Positions 36,970 through 51,000 of a DNA stretch of 64,000 nt are shown in pieces. Positions within the stretch are counted from its first letter, which is position 1, and each line of letters begins with the position of its first letter. A model generated the notes under the pieces. It saw nothing but the letters and a program-made list of their open reading frames with translations. It did not search any database and was not told where the DNA came from. The position numbers and the translations under genes were made by a program. Origin of the DNA: Lepidodermella squamata (taxonomy: Eukaryota; Animalia; Gastrotricha). The stretch lies in NCBI GenBank assembly GCA_047495785.1, contig JBLDXI010000009.1:4650001-4714000 (forward strand). Reading direction: 5' to 3'.

Positions 36970-38000
36970 AGATCAGTAAGGTCCCATTCCACCATTATTC
37001 TGATTTGTTTTTTATGGGACCAGCCATTTATGCTCATCTTACTCTCATCAGACTTATCAAGTTTTATTTCCATAAACGAGCTGTGTTATAAAACCCAATT
37101 GAAATAAATAAAAAATTGTTCAGTAACGTTGCCATTTTATACAGTGAAAATCAAAAGTTACGCACGGTCAGGAAGTTGTTGAGTTGAAACTAAAAATATC
37201 TCACACGCGCCCGAACAATTTTTAGCTCCAAGCTTGGGTTAAACTCAGCTAAAAACAAAAAGTGTAACTCGGACACACCAAGAAGTGTTAATAGTTTTAA
37301 AAATATGAATATTCAGAAGGTGCTAATTAATATTCCGAAGCCCTCAAAGTTGATAATTATGTCAGAAAAATTATTTTTGATTTGTTATAACCTTACTCTA
37401 AGTGCTCAAATTTTTCTGCAATTTTTGGCTCTTAACTAAGAATGTCCTAGTTTCATGACATCTCATGAATATATTCATATTATTGAAACTATCCCCATTT
37501 CCTTGGAGCTATTTTTGGAGATCGTGAAAAAGGCGTCATTTTGGTCCGTTTTGCTGGGAATAAACAGCCTCATTTCGCACGTGCGAAAAATTTCAACTAG
37601 CATCGCCTCAATTCCACCGTGCGGATCTTTTGACTGTCACTGTACTTTGTTTCGAGTCATCACGGGGTCACTCCAAAGTGGGCTTTTGCTGCTGCAATTC
37701 ATTTTTGAGAAAATCGTTATTTTAATGAAGAGCGGACACGTTTGCGGTACCAATGTTTTCCTCGAATTTTTGATATATTGGGGCAACTTGATATGTGCTC
37801 CATGCCCCATACAAAAATTCTTGCTATGTAGTTCTCAGAATTGTATGTAATTTTGATTTTTCTCTCGATCATGTGTGCTTTAACCTTGATAGGTTCATTT
37901 CCTGTTTGTCTAACAGCGGACATTCGTAGAGCCCGCCTAATTGATCTGAAATCGATTAATTTGACTAACCGATGATGATGCGAACATTGGTCATAAATCA

Positions 38001-39376
38001 ATGAGTAAAATGACACTTCTAAGCATTGTGATGCTGAGCCTGATAGCGCAGGCTTTACCGCAAAATGCTTCAAAGGTTTATATGCGTGAATCTCATCCCA
38101 ACGCTCCCGAGGACGTGCTGTGCAATTTCCTCGCGAAAAACTGCCCATATTTACGAAGCCCTCGAGCAGTGCCTCTCAAACGAGGCCGGACGGAAAAGCT
38201 CGATGTCAAAATCCGGTTTGCCTTGGACAAATTTCTCGGCATTGATGATCTGACGCAAATGTAAGTTTAATTAAACCATGAAGCTGAGTTTCGAACTTCT
38301 TCGAGGTTTTAGCTTTTCTGTCCAAGTCGATTTCATGACAATGTGGCAACTGCCGGAATGCGCAGCTTTCTCCGGAGTCACAGATTTCAGAGATCAAACG
38401 CTCGATAATCTCAAACGGAGCGGAGCTCTTCATAACATCAATTATTGCGAATATCGAAAGGAAGAGATCTACCACCCGCTGCTGTTGCACATCAATAGCG
38501 CTTATGACACTTACAGCCTAGAAAAGTGAACTATTAACTATTATTGCAATCTAAAACAATATCAATCTTGTTCTGCTACAGGTCTGGCAACAAATGGATT
38601 ATGGTCGATTCTGAAGGTGGGGCCTTGATGCTTAACAAGAATAGAGTGGACTCCACGTGCTCCTTCGAGTATGTTCATTTCCCGTTCTTGAAATTGTTAT
38701 CAAATCATCGACTTCTGTGAACTTTCCCTTCGATTTTTTGCTCTTCAGCTTTTCAAAGTTTCCATTCGACATTCAAACCTGTAAAATAATACTCGCTATC
38801 TTCAGCTACACGGCAAACGTATCCTACGCGCATAACGTCTACATAAACGAGAACACTTTCATGGATGATTCTGACATATGGAAGCTGAATGACGTCATCT
38901 GTCGAGCGGACTACTCCGATGCAGTTTTCGGCCAAGCCATTTGCACCTTCGTTCTGCAACGAAAAGCAGCCCATCATGTGATTACAATACTTTTGCCGAC
39001 TCTGATTCTTGTAACTATGGTCCTTGCCACGTTTGTTATGCCAGTCGAATACCCGGACAGGGCCTCATTTGCTATAACAGTTTACCTAGCTTTAAGTGTC
39101 TCTCAGTCCTCTTTTGTTGCAACTATCCCTAAAACGTCCCAAGTTGTCTATCTCGTGTACTACATTGGCTGTCTGACTGTAGTTACAATGCTTGTGACAA
39201 TTTACATGCTGGTAGCAAGTAGATTAGCCACTTTTTCCAAGTTTAGATCAACCGCGTTCTACGTTGGTAAAGTCAAAGTTAAGAATATTGCTACTTTGGA
39301 TATGCTTGCATTTTCTGTTTCAGTTACTCTTACACTGCTTCTCAGTGTCATTTTTATGCTCTTCATTACTACATAG
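38001..39376 (+). CDS. Cys-loop channel subunit, family B, copy B2
   Basis: Exons 38001-38260, 38313-38525, 38582-38668, 38749-39376, same intron positions as B1. Cys-loop CSFDFSKFPFDIQTC; MPVEYPDRASF. Confidence 0.9.
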
Positions 39377-39779
39377 CTGTGCTTCTAAGAAGTAGGATCC
39401 AGTACACATCACTATTGTGGTCCTCACATAATTACTTAGGTATTGATCATATTGACATGACCTGATTTGCAGGGGCAAGAACAAACGCGACGATTGTTCC
39501 TCCGATCAGTACTAGGATCTCGCGATAAATTGTAACAGCTAGACGTTTAAAATTGCGCGATACCATTTGTCTCTGCTTTCTTGCTCCAGCAGAAGTTAAA
39601 ATCTTGAAAGAAAATGCGGAAAATGCCTTTAAGCACTCACCATACGGAGCTGAAAGAGCTTGGTGATCAGAATGAAAAACCCTGCAATTTCAAGCCCTGC
39701 CAAAGTAAGAATCAAAGCCAATTTGAGCTGGTTGCTGCCATCAAAATCGCATCTGGTCAGAACTGGTTCCCATGCGATT

Positions 39780-41131
39780 GTTTTGAGAGGCGAATAGATT
39801 CGTGGGAAATATTCAGTAACTGTTGCAATCCCATCAAAAGCTAAGAAAATAGCTTAGAGAGCCGAATGTATTAAAATCCAAAGCAAAACAAAAAATCTGC
39901 CACGTTTCCCCAACTTTGCCCTCTTTTCTTTAATCCTCATCGAGTTTTCGATCGATATGTAGAACGCCGAAATCGCTAGACAACAGCCTATGGCCATCAT
40001 TACACCCAAGGCGCCACAATTTGAAGCTACGGCCAGGCTCATGGTGACAGGGAGAGCGAACATTGAGCAAACAACAAACTTGACCCAATCAGAATCAGAT
40101 AACATTCGAACTCAACTTTTCGAGGTTAACAACCACAACCTCGTCTTTGAATGGTTTTCCATCTGGAGTTAGAAACTTAGGCCCACCATTAATATCTATA
40201 ATGCTTCTATCGATGTTTCGAAAGAAATGCTTACAGTTCTGAGCGAGCTGTTAACCAACTGTTGCTGGGTGAAAATTGTCGGGGCGAAACCTTTTGTGTT
40301 CAACCCAGTAGTTGGGTCTATTTGATACTCCTCTCTGCTTTTGAAGGTTATCTTCGCGATCGAGAGAATTGTGATGTTCTGCCGCGGGAAGTATTCGAAG
40401 ATCAAATTGTCCACTGTATTGAAGAAAGCGTTGTCTTCTGAGATGGAGCGATACGTCTCCAGCCGTTCCGTTTCATTAAGTGCGCCATAGCCCATAGCCA
40501 TGAAACCTTCGAGGCGGTGGACTATCAATGGAAAGACATTGCTGAATTGTTTCTCTTTGATCTGAGTCACCTTCTGCAGAGAATTAGTAACCTGTGAATA
40601 CACAAATATAACTATACTCGCTCAAGGTCTAAGGACGTATTTACCCCGACGTAATTGAAGTATTTTATTATCTCAGCCTCAACTAGTTGTCCCTTTGTTG
40701 GGCAATCTCCGATCATTATAATGGACAACTGGTCCATAGACTGATCGCCATCTCTCAATTTTGACGCTGTCTCCTTTATTGCTGTGGATTCATCACACTG
40801 TACAAGGATGAATTAAAGATTTCATTATGTATTCTAGGCAACATACCCTGTCATCCATGAGTTCAACCCCTATGTCGTAGTTAGGTAGCCAGTTTTTCTG
40901 GCTACTTAACTGGTCAAGGGCAAGCTCGATTGCTTTCGAGCAGACTGGGCCAGCTGGTACCCCAGTGCCACCGTAATTGATCGGCGCAATTATGTTGTGC
41001 TTCATTCGACTTGACACTTGGAAAGCTCTTGCTTCAGATCGTACAATAGGTTCCATACTCGCGTTCAGGAAAACAGCAGATTGAACTGGCAGAGTAAAAT
41101 AGGCAAGAAGAGTAACAATGTAGCTCAGCAT
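39780..41131 (-). pseudogene. Internally deleted and frameshifted GABA-B-like class C GPCR paralog
   Basis: Signal peptide and flytrap start (AIELALDQL..WLPNYDIGVELMDDR|CD), then a jump from FSNVFPL to late-flytrap GALNETER. A pre-TM1-like piece (PKFLTPDGKPFKDE) ends in TGA, followed by hydrophobic fragments in other frames with stops. Confidence 0.6.
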
Positions 41132-42072
41132 AATAAGAGAAGCTTCTAGGTTGCAATCAAAGATCAAAGATCTATAATCTTCAAATATCAGTTGAAGATC
41201 CCAGAATTATAAACTTTGTTAGCTGCAAGATGAAAAACGAGAGATGACGTGCCTATTGCGAGGTTTTATATAGGCAGCAAGGAAGTTTCTAGAGAGTACA
41301 GGGTTTTTCGCAGAAAAAGTAAGGATCGTCTCAAAAAACAAAAAACGCTAATGTAAGCTTCACTCTTCACTTCCTGAACCATAAAAGGCACAAAACGTGA
41401 CTTCGAAACGCAGACAATGACTCAAACTTGATGCCAAACCTATTGGAAGCTTTTATTCATCTACTTTCGGCTTGGATTCATTATTAGGGACAATGCCATA
41501 GTGGTAGTAGTGCTACGAATACGTTTCGCAGCGATTTATTCCATGATCGAGTTCTAATCAAATCATGTACTTATTCGCCAACTTCTTTCCAGGATTAATA
41601 TTCCTTGAATAAAACAAGATCGTTTGATTTCTATAGACTTTGAATTTTTGGATTTTCACCGACATATTTCCCTGCTCCTTAGCTTATTTAAACGAAGCGC
41701 GTTTATATTCTGCCAGGCGAGAGAAATGTGAAAGTAAGTTTGGCCTGTTGAAACGAATCCAACAATTCGCAATTACAGTGGTCTATCCAATTGCGAAAAA
41801 CGTGAAACGCCGCACACGCTTTTATTCAATTTATTCGTCAGCAAAGTCATGCAAAGAACAAGAAGGGATGGTAGGGGTCATACTCAGCAATTGGGCGACG
41901 AAAAAAGGCTATCATAATTGAAGGATCATGTAAGCTCGGATCACAGCTGAGTGCCGAAATTACTCCCTGCACCAGTGGATCAGACTTAGTCGAAAGCTGC
42001 AGGAAATGTCTGTTAGAAATCACTGGAACCTTGAGTTTCATAATGCGATTAATAAGTGTGAAGTTTGTCCAT

Positions 42073-45000
42073 TCAATGGTTGGGGTAGGGGTTCAATTGA
42101 CTGCTACCACTTTGTTTCTTCGGACCGTACATTCCACGCACTGTTCCGAACGGCAAGCTGCCAGGCTGCTTCTTACTAAGGAACTGAATACCCAAGATCG
42201 GTATCTGACCGCGAGGTTTCTGTATTGGATAGTCCGCTCGTTGCTTTTCGATAGGAGTGTCCTTTTTATTAACAGGCTTGCCCTTGAAAAAAACGTCAGG
42301 AGTAGCCGGTTTCTTCGATAATCGGAGCCGCGAAGCATGCAATTTCATGTCAATCCAATGCATTAGGCAGCGTTCGCGTTTCTCTATTCTTTCATAGGTT
42401 TCATCCGCAACTTTTTTCTCAACGAATCGCGAGAAACGATGGATCGAGAGTTCCACTAGAGTGGAATAAAGTAAAAGAGCAATAAAAATTTGCCAAGGTC
42501 TTACATTTTGCTAGATTGCGTTCTCCAACAGGTTTGAAAATTGACGCGATAATTTCCTTCTTCGCGGGAGTTTTAGTAGCAGTGAATTTCAACTCCTCTG
42601 CCATGTAAGTCGACAGTTCGTGGTCCCATTTGGTGTTTTCTTCAACGTTATCTGCAACCTGGCTGTAGGTGACTGATATAATAGTCATGAAGACCTGAAC
42701 AGCCAAAAACATGACAATAGTTGAGTAAGCCATGCAGAAAAGCATGATATAACGCGAGGTAAAGCTCAGAGACATCAGAGACCCAGTTACTCCGATAATA
42801 TTCTGAACAAGGGTCATAATCGAAGCAGTGAATGATTGAAACTCGTCACAAGTTGTGTTCAGGCTCAGATAACCAAGTTCGGCGAAGAGAACGGTGATTA
42901 GGGCGAAAGCGAAGAGGAACGATGACAGGTCGCCCTTGCCCTTAGAGAGTGTTCCCAAGAAGATACACCAGTACTTATTAAAGGTGAGGTGGCGGAAAAA
43001 CAGCAGCATAGTCATGAAAAAAGTGATTCCGTAGAGATTAGCCATTAAAGCTTCCCAGTTGACGAGAAGATCGAAATTTACGAATGAAGTCCTGTCGGTC
43101 TGGAGTCGAGTAACAGCTTTCATCACAACGAGAATTCGAGCTATGAACAATCCAACAATCGCAAGAGCGATTAGAATCTGACAGAGTTCCAGCAAATTCC
43201 AACCATCCTTTCGGAACTTCGTGAATCCCTGCTTCTTTATTTTAATAAGGATCTTGATCAGATGCGAGAAAACAAGTAAAATCCAGATGCCTTGAATGGC
43301 GAAAATGAAGATCGAACTGGCACCGATGTATTGATACAACTGGAGAGGATACATTCTCGCATGATAAGTCATGCCTCCAGCACTCAAAGCTTCGAACACC
43401 ACTTTCACCGCGATGAACAAGTTGACCTGAGCATTGAAGAGGACCATGTCGACAAACAGGACTGATGTTGCGCTGTCAAGCCATCTTCTCGACTGAAGCC
43501 CAGCAACGAAAGCTTGAGCTTTCACAAGATTCACGGGCAGGTCGACGTAATATCCACCACTGGTGTAGGTTGCTTGCCAGCCCGAGTAGGGAATTCCACT
43601 GTCTTCTCGATGGATCCAAGGGGCCTGCTCGGTCGTGACATTCTCTGGAACCCAGGCAACAGCATCAGTGTTAAAAGTCCAATTGAAGTTCGAGAACTGC
43701 CGTGCTTCGGTGTCCGCGCCCACTCCAAGTTGGCCAACGTATTGATTCTGGCACTTAGTAGTATTGACGACAAGCAGATCAGTGAATTTCTTGACGTATT
43801 GAGGGACCACCGAAGTCTCTAACAAACAGGGGGCTGAAATAAGGTATCATTAAATTGAGGTCATTTGAAATGAAGCTAGATTACCTGAGCGGACTCGTTG
43901 TTGCCTCAAGCGAACGGGCCCGAGAACTACAACATCGTGATTAAGAACCTGATAGATGTTCTTCGCGTTGAATCTCAAGCCCTTGCTTAACTGGTTAGCA
44001 GTGAAAAACTGCGGTAGAAGGTTGTTGTTTAGCCACGAATAAATTTGGCTGTAGTCATTAACCACGCTCATCTGGGCTACGTTAGGCATTTCTATCAATG
44101 GCTTCAAATCTCCAATTTGTTGATACGCCAGCCTGTTCTGCGTTGCAGCGATCACAATAGCAAATGCAACGACGTAAATGATGTGGTGGAAAATTCCGCC
44201 GATGATGTTCCGCATGCGCTTGAAGAGCTCCGTTTTCTTAGTGGAGCTGTTCTTCGAGAATGCCATCTTGCCAATGTCGAGGCCGTCGTCAGGCAGAGAC
44301 AACAGAGTTGAACTGCAGACGGAGAGCAATGCGACTTTGACTGTTTGGATGAGAACCATGTCCTGAACAACGCTCATGACCATTCCACTGAGCCACTGCA
44401 ACGATTTCTCTTTGCCCCACATCAGGCTGTACATGACGATGAAGAAGGACGAGGCTCCAACACAACCAGCGACCACTGGAAGTTAAATAAATTCAAAAAT
44501 GGAAGCAATAAGTTGATCAACTTACAAATCCATGCGATGATAGCGCAATAGTACGGGAGCTGGATTGGCTTCTTTTCTACAGCGCCGCAATCTCTTCGCT
44601 GGTATCCCAAGGCCACATTGAAAATAGTTGTGTATTGGCTATTTTCAGCTGATCGGCGGCGAATTCGCTTGAAAATAAAGGCCATTATTGCAGTTGGAGG
44701 GATGACGATAACGCATCCGATGAAGCTTGTGTAGACTGTAAACCACGACAGGCGGAAGAATCCTCCGATATTGACGCCAACTCGGGGTGATTTACTCTCT
44801 TTCCCGTAGAACATAGCATTAACCAGCATGGCCATGAAGAGGGCGCTGACGACACAAGCCAGCCGTTCGCATCTGGTCCAGTTACTTGGAAGAGGACGCC
44901 TCGTGATGGATAACCATGGATGAGAGCTGAACAAACCAACTCGAGAATGAACGCTGACCAAGTACTTGAAGCCTTTGATCTCGTCTTCCGTTGCGAGTTC

Positions 45001-48000
45001 TTTAAAGTTCATATCACCGCTTTTCATCAGAGACTTGATCAAGAAAACGAACTTCTGCCCCTTCTCAATGTCGACAATGACAACTTTATCTATCTGTACC
45101 TGAAGCGGTTTGCTGCCGTGGGGCGCTCTATATCGGCTGTGGAGTCTAATTTCGATTGCCTCGATATGACCGATAGGCAGAGTTGTGGTCATCATAAAAT
45201 TAGCCGGTCGTCTCCCATCGAAATTTGAATCTCTCTCGCAATCTTCAAGGACGCGCCAGTTCGTATCGCTGATATCACCATAAGCTCGTAGCAGAACTAC
45301 GGGCTTCAAATGATGGTTTTTGACGCCAAAGTGATCGACGGAAACGAGATATTTGCGCGTCTGGTACGGCTTGTTGCTTTTTAGTGGCATAAATGCCCAT
45401 TCCTTGATGTCAAGCTTGTCAAATCGCCAAACGACTATCGCTCCGATGATGAAGAACACTACGGCAGCAACTTGAAACCCGAGAACGAAAGCGTTGTCCG
45501 ATACAAGCGCAGCGAAATTAGCGAATATATCAGAGAATTCGATGGTGTTAGGTGAGATCACAAGATCTGCTCCGAAATCGCCAAAGTAAGATGATTTGAA
45601 AGTAACCGCAGATTCAGTCGAACTGGGATCAAGCTCGAAATCCTCATCTGAGCTCGTTGCATCGCGTCTTTTCCTTGAATTAGTGTTTCTTGCCTTGGCA
45701 AATCCCACTTTGAGATGGTAACCGTAACATCGTTGCAATTCGCAAGAATCGGCTGGCAAGTCGTCCATAGTTGAGAAGCTGGAGAAGTCTTTCTTCGTAT
45801 AAACATGCATCTTGAATGAGACATTTGCGCTTGAAGAGAGTCCTTGCATTTCAACGAAATCTAGCAATGCCGCCTGCGGAATTACAACTCTCAATTCGAC
45901 ATCAGTATTGTAGCTTGACTTGAGTTCTCCAAGACTGGCATTAACACTTGTGTTGACACTGGTTTGAGTGACAAATAGAGACCAGGTATAGCTCTGGACC
46001 GTTGGAGTGCTATTCAACGACAGATACGCAGTATAGTTGTAATGGATGACAGGAAATATCAGCACAAAATCGCCAGAATTCGAAGAAACAGGGAAAATGG
46101 CTAGTGATCCCATTGTATCAGCATTTTTACTAACGTCGCATGTAATCTTGCTTACGTCACACTGAGCGTCAGACTTTTGTATGGTTAGCATAGCTGCTCG
46201 GGAAACAATCGGTTTTCCAGTAATTTTAGTCTGATAGCCTTTCTTGAGAACTAGCTCTTTCTTCTGATACAGAACTTTGACCGAAATAGTCGGCATATTA
46301 AAAGGCTGCTTTGGGTCGAGAACATTGACGATATAGGCCGTAACAACAACGGTTACGGTGTCAGATTCTTTAATTGAGACTCCTGAGGCTTTGGAATCGA
46401 TAAATTCTGTGGCCGATGTCGTATTAGGAAAAACTACGGCCGCGTGAATGGTCTCCAGTTTGAAATTGGGCAGCTTTTTGGCAGCTATTACGCTTAAAGC
46501 TACCGAGAAGAATTTGCCACTGAATGTGAAGTTTTTCCCCGTTTTCGCATTAGCTTCGACCATTTTCAGCATGACGTCAATCATGTCATTGAAATTTTGG
46601 TAAAGTTTTGATGACTGCAAAAATGACAGTATTATGGCTAAATAGAGATTGTACTGAACGATTTTCACGTGCCTCATCTGTTGATAATGCAGCTTTAGGG
46701 CTGGGTGTCGTTGTCGCGGTTGGATCTGTATTGCATTTGGAGTTTTTATCATTGAGGTTAAGCGATAATGGGTTGCTCGTTTCTTCGGTTGTAGTGACTG
46801 ATTCAGACACTGCGAACATGACGGAACTTGCTGCTGTAGCGTATGCTCCTGTGATATTTGCTACAACTTCCGGGGCCATCTGACTCGCCAGTTCAGCATA
46901 TTTCGCCATTATAGGGCCCAAGTCTGCGATGAATGCTGTAGAAGACACAGCTAGAGCTGTGGTATTCTCTGAGGAGCTGATGCGCATTGCAGCCTCAACA
47001 GCTAAAGCACTGAATGGAGTGGCTGCTACTATCAAAGTCTGGGATGGCATTGATGCTATGAAAGAGATCGAAACGGCAGTTGCCGAAGCTGTTTCGTTCC
47101 TCTTCTCCGAGCAGTCTTTGCCGGTCCAACTTCCAGTACAGATGCAAACGTTAGGCTGTGCACAAATGCCTCCATTTTTACACTCCCCGATGTTGGAACA
47201 GGATGCTATCTCGCAAAGATCATTTTTCTTATTTATGTTAGATAAGATCAAACTTACGTAGAGCGCACCTAGTTCCATTCCAACCAGATGCACAACTGCA
47301 TATGTTGATACCGATGCATGAGCCTCCATTGTAGCAAGATCCTAGGCTTGAACAATCAACATTTGGAATTTCACATCGCGTTCCGCGCCATTTGCTAGGG
47401 CATGTGCAGTTATTAGGCGCTGAACAAGTGCCGTTGTTCAAACAGCCACCAATCGATGAACAGTTCGCTAATCAATAAGAGCATAATTCAAATGGAAAAC
47501 TGATTTAGGACAACTAGGAATCCCAGAATCCCCCTCCTCAAGTCAACACACGCTTTCCCATTCGATGGAAAATAAATAGGTAAAATCCCATTTTCCAATT
47601 ATTTCCGGTCAAAACAAAATACAGCTATACCGAACTAACCGGTTGTGCAATCCAGCCCCGTCCAGCCTGGTGCGCATGTACAAATGTTCGGCTCTGTGCA
47701 AGTGCCACCATTGGCGCAGTTTCCAACAGCAGAACAGTCCACTATGAATTGATGGTATAGGATGAAAGGTTTTAAAAAAAATATGAAAGTTACAAGTGTC
47801 GCATGTGGGATCCTTCCAGCCAGATGTGCAGTTGCACGTATTCGGGGCGACACATGTGCCACCATTCGAGCAAAGGCCTGTTGTAGCCGAGCAGCTAGCT
47901 GTGAAATCAATTGCATGAAATATGAATTAGGAATCAATACAGATCAATCGCATTCTTACGAGTGCCACAGTCTACATCGCGCCATCCTGCTGTGCAATTG

Positions 48001-51000
48001 CATACGTCAGGGCTACTACATGTTGCTCCATTTTTGCAACCCCCAACGCCATCGCAGATAGCTGGAAACCCATTCAGTTTTTCTAATATAATTTCGACAA
48101 TCATACTTACGGGTTGAGCAGTCAGACCCTGACCAGCCAGCATCGCATTTGCAGCTGCCAGGCTGGTCGCAAAATCCGTGCGAGCTACAGTTGGACAGCG
48201 CCGAGCAATCAGCTAGGTGAAACATAGTCTTAGCAATTCAGATTCATATTGGGATGGCGAAAACTTGCCAATGGAGCAATTCGCGCCAATCCAATCATTA
48301 AAACACTCGCATGTGTTCGGTAAGTAACAATGGCCATTGTTTTGACAACCACCGATAGGAGAGCAATCAGCTGAGGACAATCTTGGCTATATCACGATTT
48401 TTCACGCGTATATTTCATTGAACTTACGGATGCAATCGCCGACGTTTCCTTCCCACTGCTTTGAGCTCGCGCAAGTCAAGGTTGCGTATTCTAGGCCAGT
48501 ATCATGGAAAACATAGCCCGGCGTGTCGCAACGATATTCCCAAACAATGCCTCGTATGTTTCGCAGCTCAGGCACTACTGTTGTAAAGTTATTGGTGGTG
48601 TTCGGGAAAACTGGAGGATCAGTACAACGACTAGAGGTGCAACTATGCACGGCACCAGTTACAGAGCCATTAGGAGTGCAAATTTTCGTGAGATTTCCCG
48701 AATTTAGCTCGAAATTATCATCGCATTCGTATGTGATGGTAAATGTTCCGCCATTGTTTGTAACAGTGGCGATATGCGAATTCGACCCGGTGGTATCTGG
48801 CAGCAAGCCGCATATCCCGCGGCAGTCAATTGGATCACCCATCCAAAAATTTGTGGTCGAATTGCATGTTAGTACAGACCAGTCTTGATCAGTCAGTGTA
48901 TTTTTGTAGTACGGATAGTTTTTGCACGTGTAATTTACTGACATGACAGTTGGCATTCCAATTATCTCAATCAAAGTGTTTGCCACACCTGGTGGTGGTC
49001 CGCAGTCGGCCGAGACGTGGCTAAGAAGCTCATTGCGATAGTAAGTATCCGCCACGCTGTTGACAGTTCCTTCGCCAAACCTGCAGATAGAGTTTCTTAA
49101 GCTGCAAGACTTGACGCGGCGATTGTATACGAAAAGATTGCAGACAAATGTATTATATGTCGTGCATTTAGTCATGCAAAGCTCTGGGCTGGAGATGCTA
49201 TTCAGATTGATGGATGCTCCACCACTGGTGCATTCGTAGTTTTGAGCCTTAATGAACTTCCCCCTCGGCACGATTCGGCGTATCTTCATCTCAGTGCGAA
49301 CTAGAGGCGTCGTAGTTTGCCAATATATGTTCATGAATCCTTGAGCTTGGGCGCCATACGGATTATTTAAATTGCTTTGAACCGCAGTTTGATTGCACGG
49401 CGAAGCGAGCCACCAACCACCCATGCTACAAGAATCCACAATGAAAGGATTATCTTTGAGAGGGCCTAGTGAATCTGCCATGGTTGAATCAGCGCTGTAA
49501 CCTGCAATACCTAGTCTGCTAGTAGCTCCTGAGAGATAGAAGTTGCTATACAGTGCATAGCCCCACGTGTTTGCCGTTCCGACTTGAACCAGCAGCTCGT
49601 AGTCTCCAGCCTGTGTCATGGCTCTGATGTTGGCGTTACCTAGCCAATAGTTAGCTAATGGATCGCCAAATCCGGCTTCATAAGCAGCCAAGTCTTGCGC
49701 AAAAGTCTGATTGCCATCTACACGCCGTTGGATCACCGTCCAGCCACCGCCCATCGTATTCTGATCGCAATACGCCGCGAAACTGCCCACTGTTGTCTCA
49801 TTCAGCGTGAATACGCCCGATTCACTGGGAAACCCCATGGCTGAGTTGTAATCCTGGATAGAACTGCAATCGTATGGCAATGGTCGAGCTAAATGATAGA
49901 TTTGAAGTCTAATGCGTCTAAGCTCGTAGAGGTGATCAACTTACGATTGCACGACAGTGGACTGCCGGAATATACCCAAGGGCCCACAATTTGCACCCTC
50001 TCTTCGCTGCCATTCACTGGGTAGTACTTTCTGTTGCATTCGTGCCTCACCATCCCGTACTCAGCGGAATTCAAATTTATCGTTGTAGCATTGGGAACGT
50101 TCTTAATGTTAGCTAAATAATGGTAGTTGTAGCATAATTTGAAGACATATTATCTATGAGCTCTTACGATATTTTTTCCGTTGAATTAACATTTTGATTG
50201 ATTTCACAGCCAAAGCGCCCCATTTTAAAGTCGCATTAACACCGCTCGAAGACATTTTGTTATTCAAATTAGAATCGAAGCTACAATCGCTTGGAAACCA
50301 CCAGCCTCCTGTGAATCCGTAAGGAGTAAAACACGAGGATGCTGGGCCGTGATCTGACGTCGAAAATTGCTGATAGTTATGCTTGGCTGACAGCATATCA
50401 CCAGCAGTGCCTTGGTAATTACTGACGAATAGCCTGTAACCATCCTCCTCGTTTCCCACTTGGAAATCGCCGTAAAATGCCCGCAGCTCTGTATTGTCTT
50501 GCAAGATAATTATGATTGCCAACTGATAGGCACTATCTTTGGTCAATTTGTACAGGATCTCGTTGCCTGTGAATACTTTGTTCACTCTATTCAGAAAGTT
50601 ATCAATAACTTACCGATCCAAAAATCCTTCGTAAGTGCGAATTGCTGAGCAGTAAATCCATTCTTGTAGTCCAGCCAGTTCCTGTTGAAGGATGTCGTAT
50701 TGAAATACTGCTGCTGGATAACCTAAGAAACATCATTGGATAATTAAATGATTAGATTCAGATTCAAGATTGCCCATGTAAAATTTATAGAAGGAGTGAT
50801 GAGTGATCCCTCAAAATTTCAAAAATTTGTTTTGCCTAAGACAGTCAAAAAAGAGGTAGCCTTGATTCATATAAACTTACGATCCATCCTGTCCATCCTG
50901 TGACGTAGTTAAGTGGATCACAGACAACCTGTAGAGGCCCTACCGACCGATGAAAAATCCAAAATACATTGCTGATATTGGGATTGCCGAAAAATATCTC

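Noticed and set aside
46586-46752. Overlap of two polycystin ORFs suggesting a programmed frameshift or two genes
   Set aside because: A 40-nt GT-AG intron (46615-46654) joins the frames.
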